Assembly: GCA_008632985.1 (NCBI GenBank)
Contig: QPGO01000049.1
Span: 1 to 64,000 of the forward strand
Direction: 5' to 3'
DNA length: 64,000 nucleotides
From: Psammoneis japonica
Lineage: Eukaryota
Shown here: positions 61,670-64,000 of the stretch, in pieces
Layout of the letters: each line of letters starts with the position of its first letter
Numbering within the stretch: position 1 is the stretch's first letter
Translations under genes and position numbers: made by a program
Notes under the pieces: model-generated
Told to the model about the DNA's origin: nothing
Seen by the model: the letters and a program-made list of their open reading frames with translations, nothing else
Databases searched by the model: none

Positions 61670-64000
61670 TTTGTCCGCTGCAATGTTGAATGTGGAGGGG
61701 CATGGTGAGATGTGATTTTTTTTTTTGGTTGTTGGTCGGTTGTGAATTCAAAACGCCGCGCGGTTGGCTGTTGCGCGGCCCAGACGAGCAGAGGACAGAC
61801 AAATGATGCATGACTGATGTGTGTGTGTGATCGATTCATTCATGTTGTGGAGGACAACATGGCGCAGTTTGAGACACCAGATGATCCATCCACGCATTGT
61901 TTTCTTGGCAGTCAGCTCATGAGATGATTGCAACCAAAGTCCTCATGCAATGACCACCCATTGCAAAAATCCCACCTCATGTCCCAGCCTGGCTGCTGTT
62001 TCAAACAGCAGGAGCACGTTGGAAATCCAGCACCACCTCGGTCAGGCAGCACAAGGAACTCCAAGAGATTGTCGGAGCTCAAGAACACAGATGATGTGCA
62101 ACACCTGCACATGCCAGCATCAAAGAGAAGTGGCTTAACAAACATGGTGCATCACTCCTGCTCTGGGCACTCTGCTTTTTTCACATTCTTTGCTTCAAAT
62201 TTTGGCCATTCAACCACCGGACTTGAGCAAATCTCTGCAGGTGGAGATTTGCTTGCTTGTGCTGCAAATGCAAAAAACAAAATGTTCTCAGACATGGACA
62301 ACAAAAAATTTGCACAATTTTGTTTTGGAGTGCACATTTGCCGAAAGCTCTGAGGGGCCATTCTTGCAATTTAGAAAGTTCAGCATCGACTTTTAACACC
62401 AGGTCTTTTGCACATTTCATCTGTCAATGGAGAGGAGCTAAATCTCAACCTTCAACAATGAAATTTATGATGAGTTGCTGTCACAACAGAGAACTGAGTG
62501 CCACACCCTTGGAGCAAACTTGCAACGAGCAAATGCGTGTGGCACATTTTGTGCAGATTGTGCATGATGTGACATTTTTACACTGCGCACATTGTGCTCA
62601 CATGCAAATGCATGACACACCACAATTCCTTGAGCCCTGTGGTGGTTGAAGGGTTAAAACATGTGTGTGGTTGAGAAAATGCAGGAAGCAAAACAGAGTG
62701 CTCCTTTCCCCTCTGTGTCAAAAATCTTCTCTGCTCAGCAGTGCACAAGTGGGCACAGAAAGAGAAGACCAAAAAGCAACCATGGGCATCCAAAGAAAAC
62801 ACAGAGGGTGACATGCCAGGAGCTTCAAACTTCAAACACAGGCAGGAGGAGTGGCCAGACAATAAAAAGAGTTGAGCTCCCAGTTGTGTGCATGCAGTGC
62901 AGAAGCAGCGCTGGTCTCCAAGCAGATTTTGATCAAAGCAGCACATGTGTCATGAAGTGCAAACCCAACTGCACAATGACTTTCATGCACACACAGGCAA
63001 AAAGCAGTGACAGAAAAAAATTGCTGAATTGCAAAGCAACAAATTGCCAAGAAAGAGACACTCCAGTTGTGAGAGCACAGCATTGACTTGGCAATCAGGG
63101 GCAAAACACAGGAGACAGCAATGTTGCCAGCTCCAAACAACAATCATCGTGTGTTTTGTGCCAAACATCAGAGGCAACATCAGCTGCTGCTGGCTCTCTG
63201 TGGTCAGTTGACTTGGGGGGTGCCAAGGTGAGCACAAACAAAGAAGCTGTGGTCATTGTGACAGCTTTCACAGGAAGCAGCAGGGTCGACATCTTGGAGC
63301 TCACAAAAAATCCACACATGGTTGGGCTCCAGGTTGTCAATCTTTGACAATCAGCACCATGCTCAAGGACCCACTTTTTTTTTGTCCTTTGCAACACGCA
63401 CACACCCCTGCATTTTTTTTGAGTCAAGGAAGTTGACGTCTTTGGCCTGTTTGCTGCCAGAGGATTCTTGCCACAGGCTTCAGTGCACCTCACATGGGAG
63501 TTTGTGTGAGATCTTGCATGGCACCACCCATCTTCCTGTGAAGGCACAGATCTCTCTCACTTCCTTTTTTTTGCAAAGCTGCCAACCTTGCGCAAAGCTG
63601 CGGGAGCGCCCCCTCCGGCATTGATTTGATGTTGCGCCACCCCAAATTGACAAAAACAAGAAATCACGTTGAAGCCATCTGTTGCTTTGAAGTCAGCACT
63701 TGCCTGTGTGAGCACTTTTGTTGCAAAGAGCAACCACCACCTTTGCTGTGTGCTGGTGTGTTCTCTCTTGCTTGCTGAAACAAAGAAAAAAACATTCTTT
63801 GTTGATGGCAAAGACTGGTGCAATGGGTTTTTGCAAGTTTGAGAGATCATCTCAGGGGATGATGAGAGAATTTGGAAGTTGTTGGCATTGCTGGTGAGCT
63901 GAAAAAGGGCAAGGATGGAAGAAAGAATTGCGCCATCGATGCGGTGCTGCTGCTGTGTGCACACAAGAAGTTGCCATGAGCACCAAGGTCAGCTGCTCAC
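61670..64000. mobile_element. Start of a third old decayed transposon block; runs off the window end
   Basis: TA/CG depletion resumes, and 62210-62660 is a direct homologue of 38090-38570. Confidence 0.7.

Noticed and set aside
22880..64000. Classical fungal RIP or simple CpG decay as the full explanation
   Set aside because: C->T processes cannot remove TpA, and RIP increases it. CpG decay explains only the CG loss in the older blocks.

Overview
Eukaryotic DNA, most likely from a diatom (spliceosomal GT-AG introns, ASAFAP-type plastid-targeting peptides, a CoDi-like Ty1/copia element). Ordinary host genes sit in islands: HBS1-like GTPase, RPL10, an acidic membrane protein, a PAN-domain protein, an MDP-1-like phosphatase, an Arc1p/EMAP-II-like tRNA-binding protein, a plastid PDZ protein and a GACC-repeat secreted protein. 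They are separated by four transposon-derived blocks (~10.7-20.2 kb, ~22.9-39.2 kb, ~40.5-56.7 kb, ~61.7-64 kb). The main signal is that TpA is almost completely erased inside these blocks, apparently by TpA->TpG/CpA changes (A->G on either strand), while adjacent genes are untouched. Conserved Tyr codons of copia, Penelope-like and Plavaka-like proteins read as Cys or His. The two LTRs and the two TIR arms differ at such sites, so the change happened in chromosomal DNA after insertion. The youngest block keeps its CpGs; the older blocks have lost CpG as well. This looks like a repeat-targeted A-to-G hypermutation (RIP-like genome defence with the opposite chemistry). The enzyme responsible cannot be identified from this window. 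Counts are by eye and approximate; family assignments rest on motif recognition, not database searches.
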